A program made the translations under genes and the position numbers. This document shows positions 14,806-29,875 of a DNA stretch of 64,000 nt, piece after piece. This DNA comes from Octopus vulgaris (lineage: Eukaryota). Below the pieces are notes generated by a model. It did no database searches, was not told the origin of the DNA, and saw only the letters and a program-made list of their open reading frames with translations. Every line of letters begins with the position of its first letter. Within the stretch, counting starts at the first letter, position 1. Where the stretch lies: positions 8,618,001-8,682,000 of the forward strand of contig OX597830.1 of NCBI GenBank assembly GCA_951406725.2, in the 5' to 3' direction.

Positions 14806-15367
14806 GGACCCGTATCATCGTTGTCAAGGTGTTGATTTCTTCAATTTAACACTGTCTAATTTGTGATAAAGATTAAACATGGATTAATTCTGTGTTAATT
14901 TTCATCCATTTAACTCGGGTCATTCATGTAATGTTTGTATAACATCATCATTGTCATCATCATCATTATCATCGTCGTCGTCGTCGTCATCATCATCATC
15001 ATCATCATCATCTTTGCTGATATTATCTTCATCCATATTGAATTCGATAATTTTATACAGCCTCATCAATGTCTTGGCCCTTGTAACAAATGAAAGAAGA
15101 CATTGTCATCAACATCATCATTGTCATCGTCATCGTCATCATTATCATCATCGTCATCGTCGTTGTCACTGTCGTTGTCACCGTCGTCATCATCATCACA
15201 TCATCATCATCATCACATCATCATCATCATCACATCATCATCATCATCATAATCATCGTTATCATCGTCATCATCGTCGTCATCTTCCTCCTCCTCCTCC
15301 TCATCATCATCATCATCGTCGTTCTCTTCATCATAACCATTTACACCATCGTCGGCGTTGTCGCTGT

Positions 15368-15412
<45 letters not shown>

Positions 15413-15888
15413 TTATATCGTTTGTATACACACACAAATTTGAGATTGTTGTATGTGATATGAAGGGCACGCCTTACATAAGCTTGGTGTGGGTGGGGAG
15501 GTTTGGAGAAAGAAGAAGAGGGAGTAAAAAACAGAGTCAGGACACGAGCAGTTATAAAACTTTGTTATTCAAAGAATCGCATTTTTCTCTTGAAAATTAA
15601 CGTTTTAGTTATTACCGATGCTACCATAGGTATACTTCCAATGTTACACTTTATATGACAGCTAACACTCCAGTATAATACACACATACGTACATACATA
15701 CATGCATACACACACATATTTATATATATATCAAGCGTAATGTCATGTGTGTGATGTGAATATAGATTTGTTTCATCCATATGACTTTTATATGTATACA
15801 GCCGTTTCGTAACGTTTATCGTGTAGTGTTATTACATCATGCAAAATTGTATGTACATGTTTACATCAAATCTAACTTTTTTTTACTA

Positions 15889-15923
<35 letters not shown>

Positions 15924-15939
15924 ATGTGTGTATGTGAAT

Positions 15940-15977
<38 letters not shown>

Positions 15978-16079
15978 CTGCTTGGGCAAAGTGTCTTCTA
16001 TTTTAGCTCCGGGCAGACCAAGTTGTTGTAAGTGGTTTTGGTAGACAGAAACTGAAAGAAGCCCGTCATGTATATATAT

Positions 16080-16129
<50 letters not shown>

Positions 16130-18045
16130 TATATTATATTATATTATATTATATTATATTATATTATATCATATTATACTTATATATGTATATATATATA
16201 TGTATATATATGTATACATATATGTATATATATATATGTGTGTATAGATAAACGAGTAAGCGAATAAATGCCAAACATGGTGGAAGAAAATAGTACTCGA
16301 ATACCGAAGGTAGAGTAGTAATAAGGGTTTCTTTTACTAAAGCTCAAAAATATTACAAATAAACTGTGACTCAGAGTTATATGCTAATATTAAATCATAT
16401 ATTACATCTACCATCACAGCTTTATTCCTTTCTGTATCACGACTGCCCGACGAACGGGAACGTGAAACTCTGAGTAGCTGTTTTTTTGTGATGCTTTTGC
16501 AGCTTTAATGAAAAGTATATATGTATATACATATTAATAAAAAAATATGTATATATATATATATATATGCATTATGGATGTTATATAAAAAGAAATTTTT
16601 TTTATATATCTATATTTTGGAATCTTCAAATCAGTGAGAAAAATAGTAGTTTTCGTTAAGTAGATATCACTTTTCGATAAAACTTCTACATGTAATTACA
16701 TTGTAATTATTTTTTGTCATTATGACAAATTTTCATTTGACATTACATAATTATGATAATATTCCGTATTTACACAATCTGTTCCATTATATATTTATCA
16801 TATTCTTATTAATTACTTAATCTAATACATGTAATTAATTTTGTTATTTCAATTCGCGCAAGTCTTGTGTTACTAGACAGATCGTATCTCTTTCTATTTA
16901 GACACTTAGATTGAAAAAAATCATATTAATTATTGTTGGTTTCAAAATGTATCTGGAACTATCACTTATACATCGCCGTCACCACTAACGTTTATGAATA
17001 TTTTTTCCTCCTCTCTCTGTCATTTTCGACATCGTGCACGCCCATATCACCCACTCCATCCCGTGTTTTCTCGCTCCCCATGTATCCTCTGTTTATACAT
17101 CTAGCCTTCTGCTTGTTATAAGCAACAGAATCTTACTGTTTCATTGAGCAACTGACGAAGCCCTTCTGCAAAACAAAATATATTTTGTCGGACTAACGAT
17201 ACTGGTTACATACATAATACATGCACACATACATACACACACACACATACATACAAACAAACATACATACATACATACATATATACATCCACACACACAT
17301 TCACACACACATATATCCTACGTAGATGCACATACACGCACACACATACACGCGCACAAACACACATATATCAGTTGAATAAAGTTAAACCATGGTCTGT
17401 TTTTCCGGTTTTTTATTACGGTATTTTAACATTATAAAATATTTTGCAATGCTCATAAAGTTAAATTAGCGTTTTCATACCTTCGTAGTAATCATCAGAT
17501 TTCAATTGTGTTTAACTGACGATTATCGATTATTTGAAGATACATCCCCACACACACAAACACACACAATAACAAGAATAACATTTGCTTCAAATGTGTG
17601 TACAAAAACTGAAATTTGGAGGAGGGAAAATATTTTTCTAGTTCTTTATTTTATCGACAACGCAAGAATGAAATAAAAATCTAACAACGAAAATTTGACT
17701 TCGGTGAAATTTGAACACAAGTCAACGTTGGTATTTGAACTCAGGACGTAAAGAACATGAGCAAATAAATCAACGCATTGTATCCAATACTCTAAATCTT
17801 CTGCCAATCCACCGCCACAGAAAAATTTTCAAATTCAGGCACAAGGCCAAAGATTTTGTGAGAGGAGGGCAAGTCGATTATATTGACCTCACTACTTGAG
17901 TAGTATTTTATTTCATCAATCCCAAGATGTATGAAAAAGAAAGGCAGAATTTGAACACAGAACGTTAGGAGTCGGAAGGAATATCGTAAGGCATTTCTTG
18001 CGACGCTAAAGGAATCTGTTCTTTCACAGCTCAAACCATCTTTAC

Positions 18046-18100
<55 letters not shown>

Positions 18101-18569
18101 AATGTGGTTTCACTTGTGTAAAAACAGGAAGAAGAAAAACATCTACCGGAAGTGGTACTTAAATATTAATCCCATCTGTTGATAGGTTAGCCAGTCATTT
18201 TAGGGATATTTAACTGGCCCCTTTGAACAAAAATTGGCCCCTTTAAATAACTTAACTGTTTCTCTTAACTAATTAGATTCGTTCTGAAGAATCAAAGAAT
18301 TTCTAAGAGTTGTGAAATATTTCTTACCAGCATTGGTGGTGGTGGTTGTGGTGGTGGCGGCGTTAGTGGTGTTAGTGGTGATAGTGGTAGTGGTGTCGTT
18401 AGTGGTTGTGGTATTGTTAGTGGTGTTGGTGGTGTTGGTGGTGGTGCTGGTGGAGGTAGCGGTGGTGTTAGTGGTAGTGGTATTGTTGGTGGTGTTGGTG
18501 TTGGTGTTGGTAGTGTTGATGGTGGTGGTAGCGGTGGCGTTAGTGGTAGTGGTATTGTTTGTGGTGTTG

Positions 18570-18601
<32 letters not shown>

Positions 18602-18934
18602 GGCAATGGTGGTATTGATGGTGGCGCTGATGGTTGTGTTGTTGGTGCTGGCGGTGTGTGTAAACTTTTTGTTGCTGACAGCCACGTGTTCCGTATGTAC
18701 ATACATATATACATGCATACGCACGCACGTACGTACGTATGTGTGTATATGGTTGGATGTATAAGTTATGTAAAACGGAGTCAGTCTTATTAAGCAGTAC
18801 GGACACATAGGAATGCATATATGCTTGTTTGTAAATATGTGTGTATATGTGTGTAAGATTGTATGTGTGCATCTATGATCAGATACATACATACGTACGA
18901 ACACATACACACACATATATGTGCGTATGTGTGT

Positions 18935-18975
<41 letters not shown>

Positions 18976-19104
18976 CACGTTTGTTTCACTATAAATGTAA
19001 CCATATGTTACCGAATGCGTGCTTCTGTGTTCGTATTTACGAATACACATTTGTATTTTTGTATGTATGTCTGCATGTGTGTAGGTGAATGGTTATATGC
19101 CTGC

Positions 19105-19142
<38 letters not shown>

Positions 19143-19247
19143 TATATATAGACAGATAGATATATAGATGTAGATATAGATACATACATACATAGACACA
19201 GACGTATATATAGATATATATAGATAGATAGGTATATATACATACAC

Positions 19248-19324
<77 letters not shown>

Positions 19325-19326
19325 GT

Positions 19327-19360
<34 letters not shown>

Positions 19361-20065
19361 TGTGTATGTTTAGGTTGTACAAGTGCCATCTGGAGGATCT
19401 TTGTAATATATGTTACAATTTTCTTTAACAAGGCAAAGAGGCTTTCAGCTCACTGATTGACAGAAGGGTTTCGGAATATATCAAACATGCAGAATATATC
19501 AAACTCTAAAGTCCAAACATACTTGGCATAGATTGAAGAGGATCGATGACAGATTGAGGTGTCCGCCATGTATGGAGCAATTTTGAAGAGAAGCAAATCT
19601 TCATACAAGCCACCATCAGAGTTCCAATTACTACCAAAAACAAATTCAGTGCATATTTTTGTGTGCATTCTTCCTCCGACTTACCGTAGGGGTACTGTCC
19701 CTCCATTAGGAAATTTATTTATTTATTTACTCATTCATATAAGTCTTTTTTTTATGTACGTTGTTTTTGTTATATCTTTTATTTTAGTTACATTATCGTT
19801 TAATTCTTCTTAATCGATGTAGACGCCCCCTCCACCTTCTGTGCGATGATTAATATAATGTTCGCAATGTTTTGCGCCCTAAAAGAACCACCAAGGGAAA
19901 TCATCATCATCATTCCCATCATCATTGTCATCACCATCATCATCGACATCATCGTCGTCGTCGTCGTCATCATCATCATCATCATCATCGTAATTAGAGT
20001 GGCGGGAAAAATGCCTTTAAGTTTTAAAAGGTGGCAAGTTGCCAAAATCATCGTATATATATATA

Positions 20066-20108
<43 letters not shown>

Positions 20109-20609
20109 GTGTATGTGTGTCTGTGTGTAGTTGTGTGTCTGTGTTTGCCCTCCTACCATAGCTTGACAACCGATGTTGGAGTCTTTACGTCTCCGTTACC
20201 TAGCGCTTCGGCAAAAGAGAATGATAGAATAAGTACAAGGCTTACAGAGAATAAGTCCTGGGGTCGAATTGTTCGACCAAAGGCGGTGCTCCTGTATGGC
20301 TGCAGTCAAATGACTGAAACAAGTAAAAGAATAAAAGAATATACATATATACATATGCATATGTGTAATGTAACCACGTGGGGATCGTTGGCGAGTATTT
20401 TTTTCCGTCTATCTTCCTTTTCTCTTGGATCTTCCTCCGTTTCCTGTTTCTGACGAAGACATTCGCTCGAAACGTAAAACTACTTTTCTTTCCTTCCATG
20501 AGCATCATCTGCTAATACTTTGCATGTACCACGTTCTCGCATTGTTATTTTTTTCGTGTTGTGTTTGTTTTTCGTTTTTGTTTTTTGATTTACTACATGT
20601 ATATATATA

Positions 20610-20967
<358 letters not shown>

Positions 20968-21087
20968 ATCACACACACACACAAATACACACACACATAT
21001 ATAAACACCTGTTTGTCTGCATATACACTACTGTGTATATGCGTACATGTATGTGTATGTGTGTGTGTGTGCGTTTGTATGTTCAAG

Positions 21088-21590
21088 ACATTTGTTGGCC
21101 TGTAAAAGAATGTGAATATGAACACGTGACTCGGAACATTTCTTGTGTCCATTGTCGAAGAATTGATCAAATTTGAACGGTGTTAAAGGAACTTCGAAGA
21201 ACTTGAAAGCCGAACCAAAACTCAAGAACGCAAACAACAATACAAAAAAACCAACGAAAACAAAATTCAAATAAAAAAGAAAACAAGTATATAATTTGTA
21301 GAATACACAAAGAAAATTAGAGAAACAAAAGAAATCCATGGTGTAAAGTGGATTGCAAAATATTCTTGGCATTTTTGGTAATGCTTTGGTGAAAGAAGAA
21401 GCAGCATCTACTTCCAAGACAGGTGATAGGAAGGAAAGAACAAAACTGTAAATCGTGAGTTCGTCCCCGGTCTCCGACCGTTCAAATTCAATCAATTCTT
21501 CAACAGTGGACACGAGAAATGTTTCGAGTCACGTGTTTACATGGGCACATGGTCACAATATTCACATTCTCTTACATGCTAACAAATGTG
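21088..21590. repeat. Inverted-repeat (foldback) element with ~95-110 bp arms
   Basis: 21088-21182 is the imperfect reverse complement of 21477-21590. Confidence 0.75.
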
Positions 21591-21842
21591 TTTAGCATAC
21601 GACCAGGTGTACACATGTTCGCTACTCACATACACACGCACACATGCACACGCATATACACATACACGAATAAGTATATATGCGCACACAGGCATATATA
21701 TGTATATACGTTTACGTATATGTATATATATATACACATACACACACACATATATATATATAGAGAGAGAGATACATATGTGTGTGTGTGTATGTATACA
21801 CATGTGTACATGCACATACGTTATATATGTATATATATATAC

Positions 21843-21891
<49 letters not shown>

Positions 21892-22015
21892 TCTTACGTA
21901 TATATTTACATAAATATATGCATATATACATGTATATATGCATATATTTATGTAAATATATACGTAAGAATATATATACATATGTATGTGTGTATATAAA
22001 TACATACATACATAT

Positions 22016-22086
<71 letters not shown>

Positions 22087-22136
22087 TATAACAAATGAAA
22101 GACGGACGATGGAATATACATACATACATACATACA

Positions 22137-22172
<36 letters not shown>

Positions 22173-22529
22173 CATATATATAACAAATGAAAGACGGAAG
22201 ATGGAATATACGAGAATTTATTATTAATCACGGCAACTGTTTCGACACATCTACCATCGATTCTTCTTGGGTGGGACACTCAACAACTGGTTCAGGAGCA
22301 TCCGGTGGTGCAGATGTATCTCGTCGGTTAGTAAATAAATAAAAACAACTCTTTAAAATGACTGTTCCACAACGTAACTTTCCGTTTTGTAGGGAGAAAT
22401 GCAGCCAGACAGAGGAAATATCTTCATATATATATGGAAGATCAAAAATAAAATCGCAGATGGCAAAAAGAGAAACGAACACGCAATCCAGCGAGAAAAA
22501 TATTATAAATAAACGTCAACAGATATTGT

Positions 22530-22627
<98 letters not shown>

Positions 22628-23362
22628 TCATAATCTTAATCGGAAGTTTACGAAAACCAATCATATTCCAATGAACATATTACATAAAATATAATAATTA
22701 AATTAATGTGCGTGTGTGTATGAAATTGTTTTATTTATTATGCATAAAGAGTGTCGTGTCGCATTAGTATTGATTCTCCGAATTTAAACATGAGTGCAAA
22801 AGTTAAGATGGATCTCCGTCTTTCGACGACGAGGTTTCTGTTTTTTTTTTTTTGTCTATCAACTGCATTACCTCCTCCTGAATTACTTTCTAAATAGCTG
22901 ATGATTCCACTGATACGTGTTCCCTTAGGTAATTCTCTGGTAAAATCATGATTGTGACGTAGTGTGTGACAAAGGTAAACCCTTGAGTTCTTGGTACAAT
23001 TCATCCGGCGGGCTTCCCTACAGTTTTCCGTTTAATCCTATCGCCATCGCTGAGTTTGAGTCAACTAAAAGCTAGAGAAAATGTTATTTGTTCAAGATCC
23101 CACGCCATAAGATGGAACGTGGGACCTCGTGCCTTAGAAGTAAACTACTCGACCAGAGAGGACGGGGGTGGCTGTATTTGCTTCCCAACCACTTGGATCC
23201 AGGTTCAGTCCCACTGCGTGGCATCTTGGGCATCAAACGATGGTGTCAAACGATGGTCTTATAGGGTATCCCCTGACCTACCAAAGCCTTGTGAGAGAAA
23301 TTGGTAGATGGAAACTGAAAGAAGCCCGCCGTACAAACATACATACAAACTCAAAGATATAC

Positions 23363-23429
<67 letters not shown>

Positions 23430-23853
23430 TTAAAGAGAAAAACAAACATTAAGGCAAGGCAAACATCTCAAGTCGTATATGATATTATTGAAAAAAATTC
23501 AAAGCCTAAACAGCCATACTTTGTATATATACATGTATATGTACACACACAAACACGCACACACACACACATAACACGCACATACACACACACGCACATA
23601 CACACACACACATACACACACGCTTACACACATACATGAGACGGGATTCTTTTAGTTTCCGTCTCCCAAATCCAATCGCATATCTTTAGTCAGGTTAGAT
23701 CAATAGTAGAAGACATCTGCAAAGCTGCCTCGCCGTGAGACTGAACCCGGAGTCATGTGATTGGGAAACACACTTCTTACCATTCAGCCATGTCTACGCA
23801 TATGTATGTATATATGTATTATATATATATATGCATGTCTGTGTGTGCGTCTG

Positions 23854-23962
<109 letters not shown>

Positions 23963-24877
23963 CACCGCTGTGTGCGTGTGTGGCAATTTGTACATACGTT
24001 TGATATTAATTTACCGAGAGTAATCACGTGATGCTGTTTGTTGTTGTTGTTGCTGTTGTAAAATACTACCCCTCTTCTCTCTACTCCCCCATCTCACCCA
24101 AACCCGTTTCCTCTTCCTTCTCTTCTCCACTCTTTCTTTATATTCTTTCCTTCTTTCTTGTAATTCCATTTCAAAAATATGGCCATTTATTTGTTTCCAA
24201 ACTGGCAACCTTGTTAACAGGAGCTGAAGACAGATCTGGAATGTTTTCAGGAATTAGCGAAATAATTGAAGAAAAATCATACATTTTATAGAAGAACTTC
24301 AAAGAAAATGAGAAGATGGAAAAATTTGACACACTCCACTGTTGTTGTTGTTGTTGTTGCTGTCTATGGAGGATTGGTGGGGTCTGTAGAGTTGGAGGTG
24401 CCTCTCTGGGCATTTTGTGAGATACTGAGTATCGTGGAATATGTATTTGCGTACGAATGTTCAAACCCAGGTACTAAACTACTCGAGCGTCTAATTTTTT
24501 ATTCTTTTACTTGTTTCAGTCATTTTGATTGTGGCCATGCTGGAGCACCGCCTTTTAGTCGAAGAAATCGTCCCCTGGACATATTCATTTGTAAGACTGG
24601 TACTTATTCTATTGGTCTCTTTTGCCGAACCTCTAAATTGCGAGGTCGTAAACACACTGACGTCTGCTGTCAAACGATGGTGTAGGGACAAACACACACA
24701 TATATACATATCTCCATACATACAAACATACATACACACATACATACATACGTATGTATGTATGTATGTATGTATTTATGTAGGATAGGTGTGGCCGAGT
24801 GAGATTTTGGGTTGAGTGTAGTCATGCATATATAATTATACACACACACGTACATACATACATACATACATATATAC

Positions 24878-24936
<59 letters not shown>

Positions 24937-25310
24937 CACATACATACATACATACATATATATATATATATACATGCGTATACATATACATCTATATGTA
25001 ATTATGAATGCATGTATGTATGTATTTATGTAGATGTGACTGTGTGAGGTCGCCATGAAATGAGGGAAGAGACGAGGTCCCGATGATTGAAGCCCCTTAA
25101 TAAAAGGCCCTTAACAACAGCTATGTTCGTAATCGGGGTGTTGACAGTGAAAACATGGCATCCGGAACTAATAAACGGAAAGAAACTATTGCAAGTCGCT
25201 AATGATGAGACATAATAATGACAGGAAAAGTAATAATGAGACGGAGCGAGGTACCCTAGCGAGAGTGTATGCTTAATGAAGGCTCGATCAGGGTCTGGTA
25301 GCGCTCACTA

Positions 25311-25343
<33 letters not shown>

Positions 25344-25599
25344 GTATAAGTATATAAAGTTGCTGTTGTCAGTCATTGGACTATGATTATGTCAAGTGCT
25401 TTGTTAGGTTGATGTCCATCTCTTTACTAAGAAGTAATTTTCGCTCGAAACGCCGATTTTACACAGATATGTACATACGTACACGCCCAAAAGCCCGCCC
25501 GCCCGTGCACACTCACACACATCTATATACATACATTCATATATAGATATAAATAGGTATATATATATATATATATATTGTTGATTCGCTAGCTTCTGC

Positions 25600-25780
25600 A
25601 CGCATTTTTTTATCTCCTTGTTTCTTTCCGTGTTTCTTTTCTGTGTATCTTTCTGTCGAAGAGACTAGGGTCGAAACGTAAAAGACTTGTTTTATTTATA
25701 TTCCTGAGCGCCATACTAATGCAATTGTTTGTTTGTATTCCACCTGCCTTCGTCTTTTGTTTATTTTCATAAAGCTCCCG

Positions 25781-25827
<47 letters not shown>

Positions 25828-26020
25828 TAGATTGATAGATAAATAGATAGATAGGTAGCCACAACACACACTTTTTCTTTCCTTGTTTCTTTCTGTGGAA
25901 GAGCGTAGGCTCGAAACGTTAAAGACTTTAAAAATTCCCGAGTGTTATACTAATACATCTGTTTGTTGTTTACACCACCTGTATTCGTCTTTTGTCTTTT
26001 TTTGTGAATTCTCCCTAAAT
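25600..26020 (+). mobile_element. Two tandem short Penelope-like units with hammerhead-like motifs (25648-25685, 25888-25925); third copy at 10248-10400 (-)
   Basis: TCTTT-CTGTNGA-A-GAGC GTAG GCTC-GAAACGTH-AAAGA followed by a shared ...ATACTAAT...CACCTG..TTCGTCTTTTG tract. Confidence 0.65.
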
Positions 26021-26034
26021 GTATATATACATTC

Positions 26035-26068
<34 letters not shown>

Positions 26069-26073
26069 ATATA

Positions 26074-27055
26074 CAGGGTGACTCAAAAGTAGGTTTACAG
26101 TTATTCAACTCCCTTTCTCATTCATATATCAACAGTTTAGATCTTAATTATAAAAAATATGAAACTATTATTCTCTGCAAATTTAGTTAATTTTGTCAAA
26201 CTCTCTTTTCAATTTGTAATTTTCTCTTTTGTGGCTACTGTAAAGTGTGAGCCATGGCAAACAACTTAAATCAAGAGCAAAGAAAGTGGATACTAAAGCA
26301 GTATCGGAAGTCTGCAAATGGCGAATAGGATGCGCACAGCATGGCAAGAAGCCTTTCATTCTCCTCCACCTTCACGCCAGACAATTTATTGGATAAGAAA
26401 TAAATTTGATGCCACAGGTTCAGTGAGTAAAGCACCAAAATCTGGACGCTCTAAGACTTCTGTGACTGAAAGAAATGAGATGTTAGTGGCTATGGCATTT
26501 GTGAACTGTCCAAAGAAGTCCACACAACGTGCTTCTCTAGAACTATCCATACCAAGAACACCATTGCAACGCCTAATGCATAAGCTGAAATTAAGACATT
26601 TCCGTGCACGACTGGTACATGGTGTTTTGGAGGGCGACCCAGATCGCCGGCTGCAATCCTGCGAATTGATGCGAGACCAAATTGCTAATGAGCAACCAGA
26701 CTACCTGGATAAGATCATCTGGCCAGATGATGTTTGCTTCAAAGCATCCGGTCATGTAAACATGCGTAACTCTGGGTATTGGGCTGAGGAAAATCTCCAT
26801 TTGACCACAGAATCTCAACTGAACCAGCCTAGCGTTACAGTTTAGGGTGCACTCTCAAGCGAAGGTGTTATCGGACCCGTTTTCGTTGATAGAACTGGAA
26901 ATGGAGGGAATTTCTTGGAAATGCTTCGTGAGGTGGTAGTACCACAACTCAGAACCAAAGCTAACTTTGATGAACTGTTCTTTCAGCAAGATGGAGTACC
27001 TCCACATTAAGCGTTCACAGTAAGAGACTACCTTAACCAAGCCTTTCCACAGCAG
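26074..27055 (+). mobile_element. 3'-truncated Tc1/mariner transposon (probably DD41D/rosa-like) with frameshifted transposase
   Basis: TA|CAGGGTGACTCAAAAGTAGG TIR; ATG 26254; PPSRQTIYWIRNKFDATGSV...PKSGR, KKSTQRAS, WPDD, GHVN...N...WA, FQQDGVPPH. Confidence 0.85.
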
Positions 27056-27293
27056 AGTATTATTATTATTGTTTAAGGTGGTGAGCTGGCTGAATCGTTA
27101 GCGCACCGGACGAAATGCTTAGCGGCCTTTCACCCATCACTACGTTCTGAGTACGCCGATGTCGACTTTACCTTTCATCCTTTTCGGGGGTCGATAAAAT
27201 AAGTACCAGTTGAACACTGGGGTCAATGTAATCAACTCATCCTCTCCCCCCAAATTGCTGCCCTTGTGGCTAAATTTGAAACCATTATTATTA

Positions 27294-27351
<58 letters not shown>

Positions 27352-27557
27352 CATCATCATCCTTATCCTCATCGTCATCATCATCATCACCATCATCATC
27401 AATATTATTATCATCATTATCATTATCGCCTTGAGGCATGAGAAGTACAAATAAAGTCGATGCCACAGGTGAAAAGTAAAGCTTTTCTTGTGTAGAACGG
27501 TAGTTTGTGGTAGGTAGAATTTCCAGTTGATTTGCGTTCTGTTGCTGAGACAGACAG

Positions 27558-27626
<69 letters not shown>

Positions 27627-29149
27627 CAGAGAGCATAACTTCTCTCAACAGCGATACAATGAAACGCCTAAACTTGAAGCAGATCCGGACACAAAGTCCA
27701 TGTCCTGGTCCTTCACTGCTCCATGCATTGGTTCCGTTTCACTTTTATTTCACTATGATTGAGATAGTATTCCTAATTTAGATAACAAGGATTTGAAGTA
27801 TTTACTTTATGTGGTTTAATCTGCTTAAAGGGCTGCACTAAGGGCCCTCACAGTTGCTGGAAGAAAGATTGTGCCTAGGTCACGCACTATTACTGGAGAA
27901 AGAGCTGTGCTCGTAGCCTTCACGATCGTTGGAAGAAGATCCTGTGTCTATAGAATTCTCTGTCTCACGGAGACTGATGGTGCAATGAACGCGGTTAATG
28001 TTCCTCTTACGCATTCGTTAGATGATGGCCGCAGGGCTAAAAAAAAAGGGGCAAAAGATGGACAAAAGAAGAAAATACATATGGCTAAGCGCAGTGAGCT
28101 GGGAAAGATGAAAAGATGTTAGTGATGAGAGGATCAGATAAATAAATCGGGGTTGCCTAAGAGAAGATGGTCTGAAGAAACCAGCTTCAAGTAACAGAGA
28201 TCATTGGAGTAGCGGTAGAAAAGGCTGGTGCATCGGTTCCATTATTTGTCCCTGCAAAGTACACCGTACTTCAGTAGTGACACTTGGAGGTGTTGCAGAG
28301 ATACAGACGTTTCTCTTCTTCGGTTCTTGGTTGTTCGTTGAAGTGAAAGAATAAAAACTTGACTCTTTTAAAGGCAGTTTGTTGCAACATCAACATTTGA
28401 CATTCATGGAAACAGTTTGGATGTACAAATATTTTATATAACGAGGGAAAATATCGATGTACAAAACAAATAGGGGAAAGTATGGATGTACAAAATAAAC
28501 GAGAAAAAATATGGATGTACAAAACAAGATTAAATAAAAAAACAAACAAACAGAAAACAAAATTTACAGCAATTATATATCGTTGTTTTCTTGCATATAT
28601 CTTCTGAGGCACAGGGGTTGTATATTATTCTTGCCTCAATGATTCTGAGGCACAGGGGCCAATGTTTGTGAGGCACAGAGGCCAATGTTTCTGTGGCACA
28701 GGACCAATGTTTGAGTTGAAACCAGTAAATTACTGATATTTTTATTTGATCAATTTTGGAGAAATGAAAGGCAAACTTGATATTAGTGAGATTTTAATTC
28801 AAAATGGTGAGGTTCGTATTAAAAAAAAAAACAATCAGTCAGCATTGTCACTTTTATAATTTGTCCTTAATATGCAGTTATCAATTAACTACACTTGCTG
28901 CTTAATTAAATGTATTTATTATACGATCTTTGATATATTGTCAGTAAGACGCACACGTTAAATAGAAGACGTCGCTCGTGTATCTACATTGCACTCAACA
29001 CACACATACAGGCATACAGAACTCTGTCACACACACACACATAATATATAGACAGACAGACAAACAAACACAAGACAAATAGATGGACAGACAGACAAAC
29101 TAATGAAGGAACATCTACATAATTTCACCTACTGAATATTACAACTAAG

Positions 29150-29875
29150 ATTCCCTAATCAAGACCTCTTGCCTTGAAAGCAGCGGCCTCGTTTGTCAAC
29201 AAGATATCGGTCAAGTTTTCTTCAAATTAGTCGACAATGTAACAATCAATTTTCCAAATTCAAAATCCCTCTTGTATTGAAAATAGCATCATATTTGTTA
29301 ATAATGTAACAGCTAGGTTTCTCGATATTGAAACTCTAACATGAAAATAGGGGCTGCTTTTGTCAACAAGGTAAGAGCCAAGTTTCCTTTATGGAAATTC
29401 CAAGTGTCTTGAAAGCAGAAGCCACGTTAGTCAACAAAATAAAAGCCAAGTTCCGATCCCTATAATTTTGAAAATAAAGTCATGTTAGTCAGCAATTTAA
29501 CAGTTAAGTTTCCCTTATAAAAGCCCCCTACTGTCTTGAAAGTAGGGGCTACGTTAATTAACAAGGCAATACCCAAGTTTCTCTAGTCAGAATCCCTGCT
29601 GTCTTGAAAATAGGAGTCACGTCGAACAAAAAGTAAGAAACAAGTTTCTTTTATGAAAAGCCCTACTGTCTTGAAAATAAGGGTCACATTTTTCAACAAG
29701 GTAGTAGCTGAGTTTTTTCAGTCACACCCTTACTTCTTAAGAATAGAATGGGAGTCAGTTGTCAACAAAATTACAGTCGTGTTCTCTAATGAAAATTCCC
29801 ATTGCTTTGAAAACCCGGGTCGCATTTGACATCAATGCAACGACTAAACTTCTACAATCTTGAAAATAGGGAATA
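29150..29875. repeat. Diverged ~67-bp minisatellite, about 11 units
   Basis: Recurring TCTTGAAAATAGGG...GTCAACAAG...CCAAGTTT at mostly 59-70 bp spacing. Confidence 0.8.

Noticed and set aside
17151-17175. CTGACGA as a further hammerhead; likewise CTGATGA at ~34315 (minus)
   Set aside because: No intact GAAA plus stems I and III could be assembled.
29150-29875. CRISPR-like repeat/spacer array
   Set aside because: The variable parts are homologous to each other, there are no cas genes and the context is eukaryotic.
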